From: a virus
Virus record (IMG/VR): IMGVR_UViG_3300025897_000071
Reading direction: 5' to 3' (one strand)
Length of the DNA: 26,750 bases
The notes beneath the pieces were generated by a model. That model searched no databases. It was not told where the DNA came from and worked only from the letters and a program-made list of their open reading frames with translations. Positions 8,774-15,976 of this stretch are shown piece after piece. A program made the position numbers and the translations under genes. The stretch's first letter is position 1, and every line of letters starts with the position of its first letter.

Positions 8774-8909
8774 TGTGTTGTTCTTTTTTGTTTGAAAAAT
8801 CCCGTATGCCGGGAATGAAAAAATCCAATTCCAATTTGGAATTGAAGCACACGGCCATGAAATTTTTGTATTTCAAAAATTGGCCGCAATTTGTATTTGT
8901 TTTTATCAT
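8766..8909 (-). CDS. Possible small ORF (47 aa) in the AT-rich island
   Basis: GGAGGA lies 7 nt upstream of the ATG at 8909. The product is MIKTNTNCGQFLKYKNFMAVCFNSKLELDFFIPGIRDFSNKKEQHNG. Its stop overlaps the major tail start by 8 nt. The region is low-complexity and AT-rich, so it may be non-coding. Confidence 0.2.
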   Translation of the reverse strand: MIKTNTNCGQFLKYKNFMAVCFNSKLELDFFIPGIRDFSNKKEQHNG

Positions 8910-8988
8910 CTCCATTCCTCCGATTTGTACACCACGTAGAACCAGTAGGAGGTCAAAAAAAATGTTGTCAATATCAACAAGGCTGTGA

Positions 8989-9387
8989 TCATTGTTCCTC
9001 AACCTCAAAGCGTACGTTGAAAGGAACGGCCCAGTACGTATCATTCGGGCGCGAAGCATCCTCTTCAATGTCACCCATGAACTCAAGACGCACCATCGAA
9101 ACGGTGAAGCCTGCGATTGACCACGTTACACCCCGATCGAGCAGAGCCGAGACACCTATGGCGGCGTTAGCCTGTGCCGTGTTCGGCGATGTTGACCACG
9201 ACACCATTGAGGCCACGCAGGAAAACCCGTCGTGGGTCTTGCTCATCATCAATCCCTCGCTGACGTTACCGACACGAAGGACGGTATACGGTAGCGCGTC
9301 CGAGTCTTCAGGGTCTACGTATACGGTGAGGCTGGCCGCGTTCAATTTGTCAAAACAGGCATCCTGTACGAGATTCTGGATATTCAT
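8989..9387 (-). CDS. Tail terminator / tail completion protein (DUF3168-like)
   Basis: 132 aa. The N-terminus MNIQNLVQDACFDKLNAASLTVYVDPEDSDALPYTVLRVGNV and the position between the gp10-like protein and the major tail protein support the call. Confidence 0.6.
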   Translation of the reverse strand: MNIQNLVQDACFDKLNAASLTVYVDPEDSDALPYTVLRVGNVSEGLMMSKTHDGFSCVASMVSWSTSPNTAQANAAIGVSALLDRGVTWSIAGFTVSMVRLEFMGDIEEDASRPNDTYWAVPFNVRFEVEEQ

Positions 9388-9857
9388 TTTTTCAACGCCT
9401 CTTTTATTCGCCTGCGGTGGGCGGCGCGTTCACTTTCTGTTGCGGGCAATAAAAACGGTCTTTTCTTTACGCCAATCCCCAGTTCATGATATTTGGCATA
9501 ATGCACACCAACGGCCACCGATGCGGCAGTCTTCAGGCCCGCAGACGCTTGCGCCAATCGGCTTACCGCCACACCATCGGCGGTGCTTCGATTGTCCCCA
9601 TCGCCAAAAACCTTGAGGTCTGAAAGGTTTTCACGAAATCCAATGTGGATGGATGCCCGCATTAGGCCTGTATCAACTAGCAGTTTGCGCTTCTTTCCAT
9701 CGGGGCGCGTCAATTCGCCGTGTTTGGTGACGTTCTTTTTAGCCTTTGCCTCAATGTTTATGGCGGTTTCGTTTACGGCATCGCGTACTGCGTCCGTAAC
9801 TTTCAGTTTGTAGTTTTTTATATCTACTCTTGCCCGCTTATCGTCGAAGGTAATCAT
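9384..9857 (-). CDS. HK97 gp10-family neck protein
   Basis: 157 aa. It carries the DTGLMRASIH motif and the N-terminal pattern typical of this family. ATGA-type overlaps on both sides. Confidence 0.7.
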   Translation of the reverse strand: MITFDDKRARVDIKNYKLKVTDAVRDAVNETAINIEAKAKKNVTKHGELTRPDGKKRKLLVDTGLMRASIHIGFRENLSDLKVFGDGDNRSTADGVAVSRLAQASAGLKTAASVAVGVHYAKYHELGIGVKKRPFLLPATESERAAHRRRIKEALKK

Positions 9858-10189
9858 GTGCGTTCCTCAACTTTTAGGCGTGTCCATTCGTCGCGAAAGT
9901 CTACGTTCTCCACGCTCCGAACGTCAAAAGTGCGTTCATCAATGATTAACTGGTGACGGGGAAGCAGTTCGGTGTTTCTGTCTCCCAAATCATTGCGGTA
10001 TCGCATCAGTATCTCATGATCAACAACTTCACCGTTCTGATCGGCAATTCTCAATTCACGCGCTGACAGCGGTTTCAAGGAGCAGTACACCGTGTCGATA
10101 GTAGACCACCCATCTGCGGTTTTAACGCCTTGAACGCGCGTTACGCTACGCTCCTGCACCTGTGCGCGTCTCCATAGCTTATGAATCAT
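9854..10189 (-). CDS. Head closure / head-tail adaptor protein, paralog 2
   Basis: 111 aa. It aligns by eye with 10186..10512 on TRV.GV...WST...VY...K.L...E...ADQ...HEI.MRYR...TFDVR.V. Confidence 0.65.
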   Translation of the reverse strand: MIHKLWRRAQVQERSVTRVQGVKTADGWSTIDTVYCSLKPLSARELRIADQNGEVVDHEILMRYRNDLGDRNTELLPRHQLIIDERTFDVRSVENVDFRDEWTRLKVEERT

Positions 10190-10512
10190 GTGACCACCTC
10201 CTGAACGCGCATAATCGTTAATTCCTTGCGGGGATCTGGATGCACAACCCCACGCACATCGAAGGTCTTGCCGCTGAATGTTACGCGGTATCGGCTGCGG
10301 GTAATGTCTGCTGCGCTGGCACGATAGCGCATCTTAATCTCATGCGTTGCCACCATCTCGCGTTGGTCGGCCGCCTGTCGCTCACCACCGCCGAGAGTTT
10401 TGATTTCAGCGTAAACGCTGGCGAGGGTACTCCACACATCTGCCCTTACGCCTTTTACTCTCGTAGGCGTATTCTTCTGTATTGTAACAAGATGGCGGCG
10501 GCTCCCAATCAT
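10186..10512 (-). CDS. Head closure / head-tail adaptor protein, paralog 1
   Basis: 108 aa with the SPP1 gp16 / Phage_H_T_join-like pattern (RHLVTIQ...W..L..VYAEIK.L.G.E...A.Q......HEI.MRY). Confidence 0.65.
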   Translation of the reverse strand: MIGSRRHLVTIQKNTPTRVKGVRADVWSTLASVYAEIKTLGGGERQAADQREMVATHEIKMRYRASAADITRSRYRVTFSGKTFDVRGVVHPDPRKELTIMRVQEVVT

Positions 10513-11081
10513 GTGATCAATTTGTAGTGGTATAGATCGTCGATGATCTGGTTTTCCCGCGTGGTAACAGCATCACGATCTTCATCGCCACGCCGTTCAT
10601 ACCGCATGGCTAACATTTCAAGCAGGGCAATCCGAATATCATATGGCACATCTGTTGATGATGCGCCGTAGCCTGCAACGTAGACCACCGTTCCAGCCCG
10701 ATAAGTTCTATCTAAATCCCATCCATCATTGCGCTCAACCAGTAAATGAGATCCTATCAACTGATAATTTGTCGCGTTGACCGTTGTGCTGACTTCTGAT
10801 CCAGATGAATCGTTATAGGTCGTGAGGCTGGTAATAGATGAGACGGGGCCACGCTGAAGTTCTATCATCCCAATCATCTCATCACTATTCAATTCAAGCG
10901 AATACGTGGTGTTGATCAACGTGCGGTTCAGCGCATTTTCTACGCGCTTACGAATCCCGGCAATCAGGATGGCCAACACATTGTCTTGGCTTGAATCTGC
11001 CGTGTCAATACGCAACCATTCCTTTGCTTCGGCTGTGGAAATCGGCTCAGATGCTGGGGCAACAGTTACGGTCAATGTCAT
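10509..11081 (-). CDS. gp6-like head-tail connector protein
   Basis: 190 aa. The N-terminal ISTAEAKEWLRIDTADSSQDNVLAILIAGIRKRVENALNRTL is typical of the gp6-like connector (DNA packaging) family. Confidence 0.7.
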   Translation of the reverse strand: MTLTVTVAPASEPISTAEAKEWLRIDTADSSQDNVLAILIAGIRKRVENALNRTLINTTYSLELNSDEMIGMIELQRGPVSSITSLTTYNDSSGSEVSTTVNATNYQLIGSHLLVERNDGWDLDRTYRAGTVVYVAGYGASSTDVPYDIRIALLEMLAMRYERRGDEDRDAVTTRENQIIDDLYHYKLIT

Positions 11082-11152
11082 TTTTTAAGCCGCTTTTTGG
11101 GTAATGTCCAAAACATTGCCCCCCAGCCTTACGGGGCTGAGAGGCTTCGTTT

Positions 11153-12937
11153 CTATGCGTTTTCAGCGTAGCCTAGTGCCGCACTTTGTGTAATTCCGAA
11201 AGCGGTTCGGAAGTACCAAAGAAGCCTGACCTGACCATAATCTGCGCGTGTGAATGGATCGCGCAGGAACTGAAGTGCTGGATCTTCAAACTTCGCTGCA
11301 TAGCGCCAGTTACCGAATAGGACGGGCTTGTTGCCTGTTGCGATTGTGTCACACTTGTTCGACAAGACTGCGCGGTAGCCGAGTGGCCCCGGTGTGTCCT
11401 GCGTGTTGGTAACGTAGCGACGCGTGTTAGCATCGTCCAGTTTCGCAATAGCGTTCAGCGTTGATGGTTTCATCACCCACGCAACAGATCCCGAATCGTC
11501 CAGATAGAACGCATTGTCGTCGTTGTATACAACATCTTCGAGTTCGTCAACGGCAATCGCGGCCGTACCTGCAAGGGCTTTGAACTGCGTTCCACCTGAT
11601 TTCACCGCGTTGATAAGCAGTTCATTTTCGGTTTTTGCATAACCCAACGCAACACGATCCATGATGTAGTTCATCACATCAGCCGAAGAATCACCGAGCA
11701 GTTCGTTGGAAATCAACGTGCGCTTGGAATACTTGGTTTTTGTCAGTACGAGTTGACCGATTGCCGGAGAATCCTGATCGTACTGGGCCGCTTCTGCTGT
11801 TGAAACAAATTCAGAGTCACCTTCATTGTCAATCGGCACATCAAGCGTAGTGCCTGTACCTGTGAATGAAGTAACGCCCAACTGAGAAGCGATAGATGCT
11901 TCGTCACGGCGGCGAATAATCGTCCCGAACATATCATCCGTTACGGTATTACCACCTTCAGCGGCCACACCGGCAGTCATATCTGCGGCATTACTTGCTT
12001 TGATTTCAACGATTGGGCCAGTAGGGTTTTCGCCTGTAATCAAATGCTTGACGCCGCCTACGTCTCCGGTGCGTAGCCAATGGCCAAACGCGGCTTTCTG
12101 ACTGTTACCGATATTGCGAATGATTGTAGGAGCGGCTCCTGTTTCCACGACTGACTTGACTTCTTGAACAGGTTCAGCGGCTTTCGCTTCCGTCGCGTCA
12201 AGTCTTGCGTGTAGTTTTTCGATCATCTCGTTGACGTTTTTCAAAGCGTCCTCGGATGTGTTTTTGGCTTCTTCGGCCATGATGTTATCCTCTTGGATTG
12301 GATGTTTGGTGACTTCAACCGCTTTGGCTGTTGTCTGCGGCTCTGCGCCGCCTGTGTTTTCAACTTCGCCTTGCTCTACGGTTGGCGCGGTCATGGCCTG
12401 AACCGCCTCTGCCTGTTCCGTCTCGTGATCGGGTTTGGTTGGAAATAGGGATTTAAGAGGCATCACAGTAGTTGCCATGCCTCCCGCTGGCTGGGTCGTT
12501 AGCGATAATTCGCCGAGTGGCCAGCTTGTAATTTTGTATGTGTTTCCGTCTTTGATGCGATCCACTAAATGGCCAACGGCCCCAGAGGATGAACGGAGTT
12601 TGCCTTTTCGAGCCAGTTCAAGAATGTGTTGCTCAAACTCATCGGCTTTGTCCAGTTCGGTTTCAAACCAGAGGCCCGCATCCATGCGCTTGATCGTGCC
12701 GATGCCAATGGATTTCTTCCCGAAGGCAGGGTTCATACCGTGATCGTAGTAGACGGGAAGCTGTTCGTGGATGCCAAACTCGGTGTCTTTGGCGAAATAA
12801 TCACCTACAAGATCAGGGTCTTCTGGCCCCGTGAAGTTGACAATCATGCCACCAATGCGGCTTTCGCCGATGGCCTTCAGTTCGCCGCCGATGGCAACAA
12901 GAATTTCGTCGTGTTCGACTTTTCCGGGATCTTCCAT
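11153..12937 (-). CDS. Prohead serine protease (HK97/S78 type) fused to HK97-fold major capsid protein
   Basis: 594 aa. Residues about 1-165 look like a prohead protease (...YYDHGMNPAFGKKSIG...LRSSSGAVGH...). An acidic, coiled linker follows. The C-terminal approximately 300 aa are HK97-MCP-like (...LTKTKYSKRTLISNELLGDSSADVMNYI...RLLWYFRTAFGI). An in-frame ATG at 12280 is preceded by AAGAGGA. Confidence 0.85.
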   Translation of the reverse strand: MEDPGKVEHDEILVAIGGELKAIGESRIGGMIVNFTGPEDPDLVGDYFAKDTEFGIHEQLPVYYDHGMNPAFGKKSIGIGTIKRMDAGLWFETELDKADEFEQHILELARKGKLRSSSGAVGHLVDRIKDGNTYKITSWPLGELSLTTQPAGGMATTVMPLKSLFPTKPDHETEQAEAVQAMTAPTVEQGEVENTGGAEPQTTAKAVEVTKHPIQEDNIMAEEAKNTSEDALKNVNEMIEKLHARLDATEAKAAEPVQEVKSVVETGAAPTIIRNIGNSQKAAFGHWLRTGDVGGVKHLITGENPTGPIVEIKASNAADMTAGVAAEGGNTVTDDMFGTIIRRRDEASIASQLGVTSFTGTGTTLDVPIDNEGDSEFVSTAEAAQYDQDSPAIGQLVLTKTKYSKRTLISNELLGDSSADVMNYIMDRVALGYAKTENELLINAVKSGGTQFKALAGTAAIAVDELEDVVYNDDNAFYLDDSGSVAWVMKPSTLNAIAKLDDANTRRYVTNTQDTPGPLGYRAVLSNKCDTIATGNKPVLFGNWRYAAKFEDPALQFLRDPFTRADYGQVRLLWYFRTAFGITQSAALGYAENA

Positions 12938-12943
12938 AAATGC

Positions 12944-12984
12944 AAAAAGGGGCCATACTTCGCAAAAAGCGAAACATTGGCCCC
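12944..12984 (-). terminator. Intrinsic-terminator-like hairpin plus T5 tract, 6 nt before the capsid gene ATG
   Basis: The minus strand reads GGGGCCA-atgt-TTCGC-ttttt-GCGAA-gta-TGGCCCC-TTTTT-gcattt-ATG. It has 7-bp and 5-bp stem segments, GC-rich at the base, followed directly by T5. Confidence 0.55.
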
Positions 12985-13011
12985 AGTTGGTGGGAAATTT
13001 TATGTTGAGTA

Positions 13012-13059
13012 GGATGAAACCGCTCCTGCGCCGGAGAAATAACGCAGAAGCGGTTATCC
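13012..13059 (-). promoter_or_regulatory. Long imperfect stem-loop in the capsid gene leader
   Basis: The arms ggatgaaaccgctcctgcg (13012..13030) and cgcagaagcggttatcc (13043..13059) pair over about 17 bp, with one mismatch and a small bulge. The loop is 12 nt. Confidence 0.4.
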
Positions 13060-13068
13060 TGATCGTTA

Positions 13069-13094
13069 TAGCGCGGAGAGGTAGGAACGCGCTA
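13069..13094 (-). promoter_or_regulatory. Stem-loop (7-bp GC-rich stem, 12-nt loop) in the capsid gene leader
   Basis: tagcgcg (13069..13075) and cgcgcta (13088..13094) are perfect reverse complements. Confidence 0.4.
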
Positions 13095-13120
13095 CACTTT
13101 AGAATATAAGGATTATTTTA

Positions 13121-13300
13121 TCATTTAATCAATTTCACGCTGTGGTACATTCGCTCCGTTGAAAATACAGACGCTCCATTTCTATTTTTCATCAAGCGAA
13201 TTTCTGCCAATTCTCCATCCCAAACTTTCATCGCTAGGTGCATCACCTCTTCGAGAAAGCGTTGGCGTTCCGCGTCGTATGCTGGTTTGTCGTTGCTCAT
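13121..13300 (-). CDS. Hypothetical small protein (59 aa)
   Basis: The start is moved to the ATG at 13300 (MSNDKPAYDAERQRFLEEV...), which has AAGGAG 5 nt upstream and an ATGA overlap with the upstream stop. Confidence 0.45.
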   Translation of the reverse strand: MSNDKPAYDAERQRFLEEVMHLAMKVWDGELAEIRLMKNRNGASVFSTERMYHSVKLIK

Positions 13301-13479
13301 GTGCGCTCCTTGTAGTCGGTGCAATAAAATCCCTGACCCTTAAAAATGATGTGTCGGCCTCCTTCAAAAATGCGTTGTACTGGTCGGCCCGCGTGTTCGG
13401 TTTTAGCGTCTTCCTTCATCGGGTGATCAATCTCAATTTCACCGCCTTTCTTATCGGTGTATTTGTAGCGGTATATCAT
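13297..13479 (-). CDS. Small FmdB-like protein lacking the zinc-binding cysteines (60 aa)
   Basis: The start is moved to the ATG at 13479, which has AGGAGG 7 nt upstream and an ATGA overlap. MIYRYKYTDKKGGEIEI...GRPVQRIF...FKGQGFYCTDYK parallels the FmdB/CxxC_CxxC_SSSS layout (M.IYEY.C..CG..FE...CP.CG..V.R......F.G.GFY.TDY), but both CxxC knuckles are replaced. Confidence 0.45.
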   Translation of the reverse strand: MIYRYKYTDKKGGEIEIDHPMKEDAKTEHAGRPVQRIFEGGRHIIFKGQGFYCTDYKERT

Positions 13480-13739
13480 TGACATTCCTCCTGAAATTGC
13501 AACGCCACCAAACAATCCTTTATCTCATTTACGGCTGATACCATTTCCCTGCGGAGTTGTATTTCTAGGCGCAAAGCATCCTCTTTTGTGAATCTGCTGT
13601 CATCTATTACATCAACTCTGCTTGTTAGTCTTGCCGTTTCGCTTAATGACCACGATGCGGCGGTAAGGGAAACCGCACAAAAGACCCCCAATAACCAAAA
13701 AAAAGCATCTTTGAACTGTTTGGATTTATCGTATGTCAT
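13476..13739 (-). CDS. Small membrane protein (one N-terminal TM helix plus a charged helical tail)
   Basis: 87 aa. FFWLLGVFCAVSLTAASW is a hydrophobic helix, followed by the helical region ...EDALRLEIQLRREMVSAVNEIKDCL. ATGA-type overlaps on both sides. Confidence 0.55.
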   Translation of the reverse strand: MTYDKSKQFKDAFFWLLGVFCAVSLTAASWSLSETARLTSRVDVIDDSRFTKEDALRLEIQLRREMVSAVNEIKDCLVALQFQEECQ

Positions 13740-14443
13740 TTTATTACTCTATGATAGATGGTACACCTGCACCGTATTACTTCTGCCGCGCCGCCATTCA
13801 TATCACCGGGGTATTGCATACCGTTTGAAAAGGCTTCGTTTAATTTTGCAAATTTGCCGTTCATTGCTTCGTGCGAATCTCGAACAACGTCATCACCAGC
13901 CGTAAGCCAAACTTTTTCTAAGTCCAGCCCCGTCGATTCTGCTCCAATGATAGACCCGTAATTTGATGCGCCCACCAGTTCGGTTGATGCTATGCGCTCG
14001 GCACGATTAGCCCCGTAGGTCAAGCCGTTCAATGATTTTTCGTCCCATTTCTTGCGGATGTTGTCAGCCACTTCTTTGACAGACAATCCTTCCTGAACGC
14101 CTATGCGCATCTGTCGGCGAATATAATTTTCGGTGGCTTCGTTTATCAAAAAAACTTTTTCGGCTCCAATAGTTGCAATCAGATCGTCAGCGGCTTCAGC
14201 CCAATCGACAATTTCACCGGCTCCGTAGCCTTTCAGCGTCTTTTCAATGGCATTGAACGTGGCACCTGCAAAGACAGGAATAGCTTGATTCCAAACCTTT
14301 GCAAGTGCCTTGTTCATTTTTACCGCGTCGATGGCTTCGCTTACGCTATCGCCCGTAGCAACTGCATCGGCTGCGGCTGTCACCTGACGGGTTAACACCG
14401 CCAAGATTGTTTTCGTAGCATCGGGCTTCAACTTGGCCCTCAT
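13736..14443 (-). CDS. Head morphogenesis protein (Mu gpF / SPP1 gp7 family)
   Basis: 235 aa. The C-terminal signature is ...AGDDVVRDSHEAMNGKFAKLNEAF...YPGD....EVIRCRCT (family pattern D.R.R..H...G......PG....NCRC). Confidence 0.8.
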   Translation of the reverse strand: MRAKLKPDATKTILAVLTRQVTAAADAVATGDSVSEAIDAVKMNKALAKVWNQAIPVFAGATFNAIEKTLKGYGAGEIVDWAEAADDLIATIGAEKVFLINEATENYIRRQMRIGVQEGLSVKEVADNIRKKWDEKSLNGLTYGANRAERIASTELVGASNYGSIIGAESTGLDLEKVWLTAGDDVVRDSHEAMNGKFAKLNEAFSNGMQYPGDMNGGAAEVIRCRCTIYHRVIK

Positions 14444-14544
14444 GCGCTCAATGGTCTGCGCGTGTTCGTTGCGCTCTTTTTTTGATGATGCCAGCGGCTT
14501 TAAAGCCTTTCTTTCGGGTGCGTGGTCGGCGTGGACGCTACCCT

Positions 14545-15963
14545 CTAAAAACCCACATATGGCGGGGCAAAGACTTCATCCAACGGCAGGTCATCCATCA
14601 GCCGCTCACGGATCACAGACGATTCGTGTTCATTCAGAGCATCAGGAGAGAAAGCCACATTGCGCCCGTGTGTCTTGATCTTCCTGCGCCATGCTACCAC
14701 ATCGGTTTTAACTTCGCGTGGCGTAGAGCGAACAGGAGACGGGTTTGCGGGGCGGTTCTCCAGTGCTTCTAGTTCGGCTTCTTCTTCGGGGCTGTATTGC
14801 CAGCCCATCATTTCCGTGAACTTCTTTCTGGTCACAAAGACGCGACCGGGAGAAAGGGCGGCTACCGCCTGCGCTTTTTGCAATTCGGCCGCTTGGAAAA
14901 CTTCTAAGCGAGCAGGGTTTGCTTCAATTCTCAAACCCAAATCGGCAAAAACTTGGTTGTTCAAAACCCGTTGACACAACTTAGCGCGGGGAATGTTGGT
15001 CATGGTCTGAAAGTTGACCTGATCGGCTTGAGCGGTTGCGTAGTTTGAGGCGTTGGACATTACCAATGACAAGGGTATTCCAAACGCCGTAGTGATTGCT
15101 TCCCTTGCATCTTTTGACAATGCGTTTGATTGCAAATCGGCAAGAGAAGATCCAATTTCTTTGGTGTCTAAACCTTGCATTATTTCGGGAGCTGTACCCT
15201 TTGCACCAGACAAGAAACGAACAATCCACCGCCTCCACTTGTCCATCTGTTCCGTTGATGGCGGTCGAGCATCCTTATCGGCCACGAATACGTGTTGCCT
15301 GATCAAGCCATTGCGCAACTGGTCGCTGGAAAAGGATTCGAGATCGGAAATGATTTGCGCTGCTGTACGGGCAGAAAAACCCAAAGATGAACCCGGCCCT
15401 TGTTCAATATATGGATCGGGCGCAAAAAAATGGGCGATTAGTTCCTTTGGGATGAAATAGTCTTTTCCGTTTGCGGTGCGTTTGAAAAATTGGAATTGAC
15501 CGTATTTGTCTGGCCCATATTTGCCCTTTTCCGTTACCACTTTTATGTTTTTTGGCGCAATATATGTCAGCCCTGTTACGGATGTAAATTTACCATCTGC
15601 TCTGGTTTCGCCTTCTTTCATTGCGAAAGCCGCACCAGTTAAAGCAAGAGAAGCCCCAACCCGATACAAAATATCGTCGGGGTGAAACCATTTCAATTCA
15701 TCGGGGATCTCTTGACCGCTTGACCAAATCGGTTCTTCCGAGTTCGTGCGGTACACGTTCCAGGGCATAGATACCAGACTATTGGCTAACACATCCACGC
15801 ATCGCTTGTACCAACCCTGCTGGGTATATGCTTGCTGAATACTCATATCAGCCTTACGGTCATTGTTGTCATAACCAAACACATCATTCAGGGTTGGGCT
15901 TTTCAGGCTTAACCCCTTTGTTGTACCGTCAAGCAAATATATATCAGGCTTATTAATGAGCAT
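14545..15963 (-). CDS. Portal protein
   Basis: 472 aa from the ATG at 15963 (MLINKPDIYLL...), 13 nt after the TerL stop. The longer track ORF, reaching 16110, would overlap TerL by 134 nt. Size, position and the conserved central region (...FAPDP...GSSLG...DQLRNG...) fit a portal. Confidence 0.85.
   Translation of the reverse strand: MLINKPDIYLLDGTTKGLSLKSPTLNDVFGYDNNDRKADMSIQQAYTQQGWYKRCVDVLANSLVSMPWNVYRTNSEEPIWSSGQEIPDELKWFHPDDILYRVGASLALTGAAFAMKEGETRADGKFTSVTGLTYIAPKNIKVVTEKGKYGPDKYGQFQFFKRTANGKDYFIPKELIAHFFAPDPYIEQGPGSSLGFSARTAAQIISDLESFSSDQLRNGLIRQHVFVADKDARPPSTEQMDKWRRWIVRFLSGAKGTAPEIMQGLDTKEIGSSLADLQSNALSKDAREAITTAFGIPLSLVMSNASNYATAQADQVNFQTMTNIPRAKLCQRVLNNQVFADLGLRIEANPARLEVFQAAELQKAQAVAALSPGRVFVTRKKFTEMMGWQYSPEEEAELEALENRPANPSPVRSTPREVKTDVVAWRRKIKTHGRNVAFSPDALNEHESSVIRERLMDDLPLDEVFAPPYVGF
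14548..14554 (-). promoter_or_regulatory. Candidate -1 frameshift heptamer G GGT TTT directly before the portal stop codon
   Basis: The minus strand reads GTG GGT TTT TAG. The -1 frame (GGG TTT TTA GAG ...) has no stop over the whole 101-nt gap and runs in frame into the ATG of the MuF-like gene at 14443. Confidence 0.35.
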
Positions 15964-15976
15964 TTTTTTGATAGGT

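Noticed and set aside
8891-9616. 241-aa plus-strand ORF antisense to the tail terminator and gp10-like genes
   Set aside because: It overlaps two well-supported minus-strand genes that have recognisable family motifs. Its product is Arg/Ser/Pro-rich with no motif. It is a typical antisense shadow.
11082-11152. Short hairpins after the capsid gene (cagcc/ggctg and aatgt/acatt)
   Set aside because: The stems are only 5 bp and no U-run follows on the transcribed strand. This is too weak to call an attenuator without folding energies.
14475-14483. A-run (tca tca aaa aaa gag on the minus strand) resembling a slippery sequence in the portal/MuF gap
   Set aside because: It would matter only if ribosomes were already translating the gap. 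It is not needed for the proposed G GGT TTT shift, and no alternative frame leads to a product.
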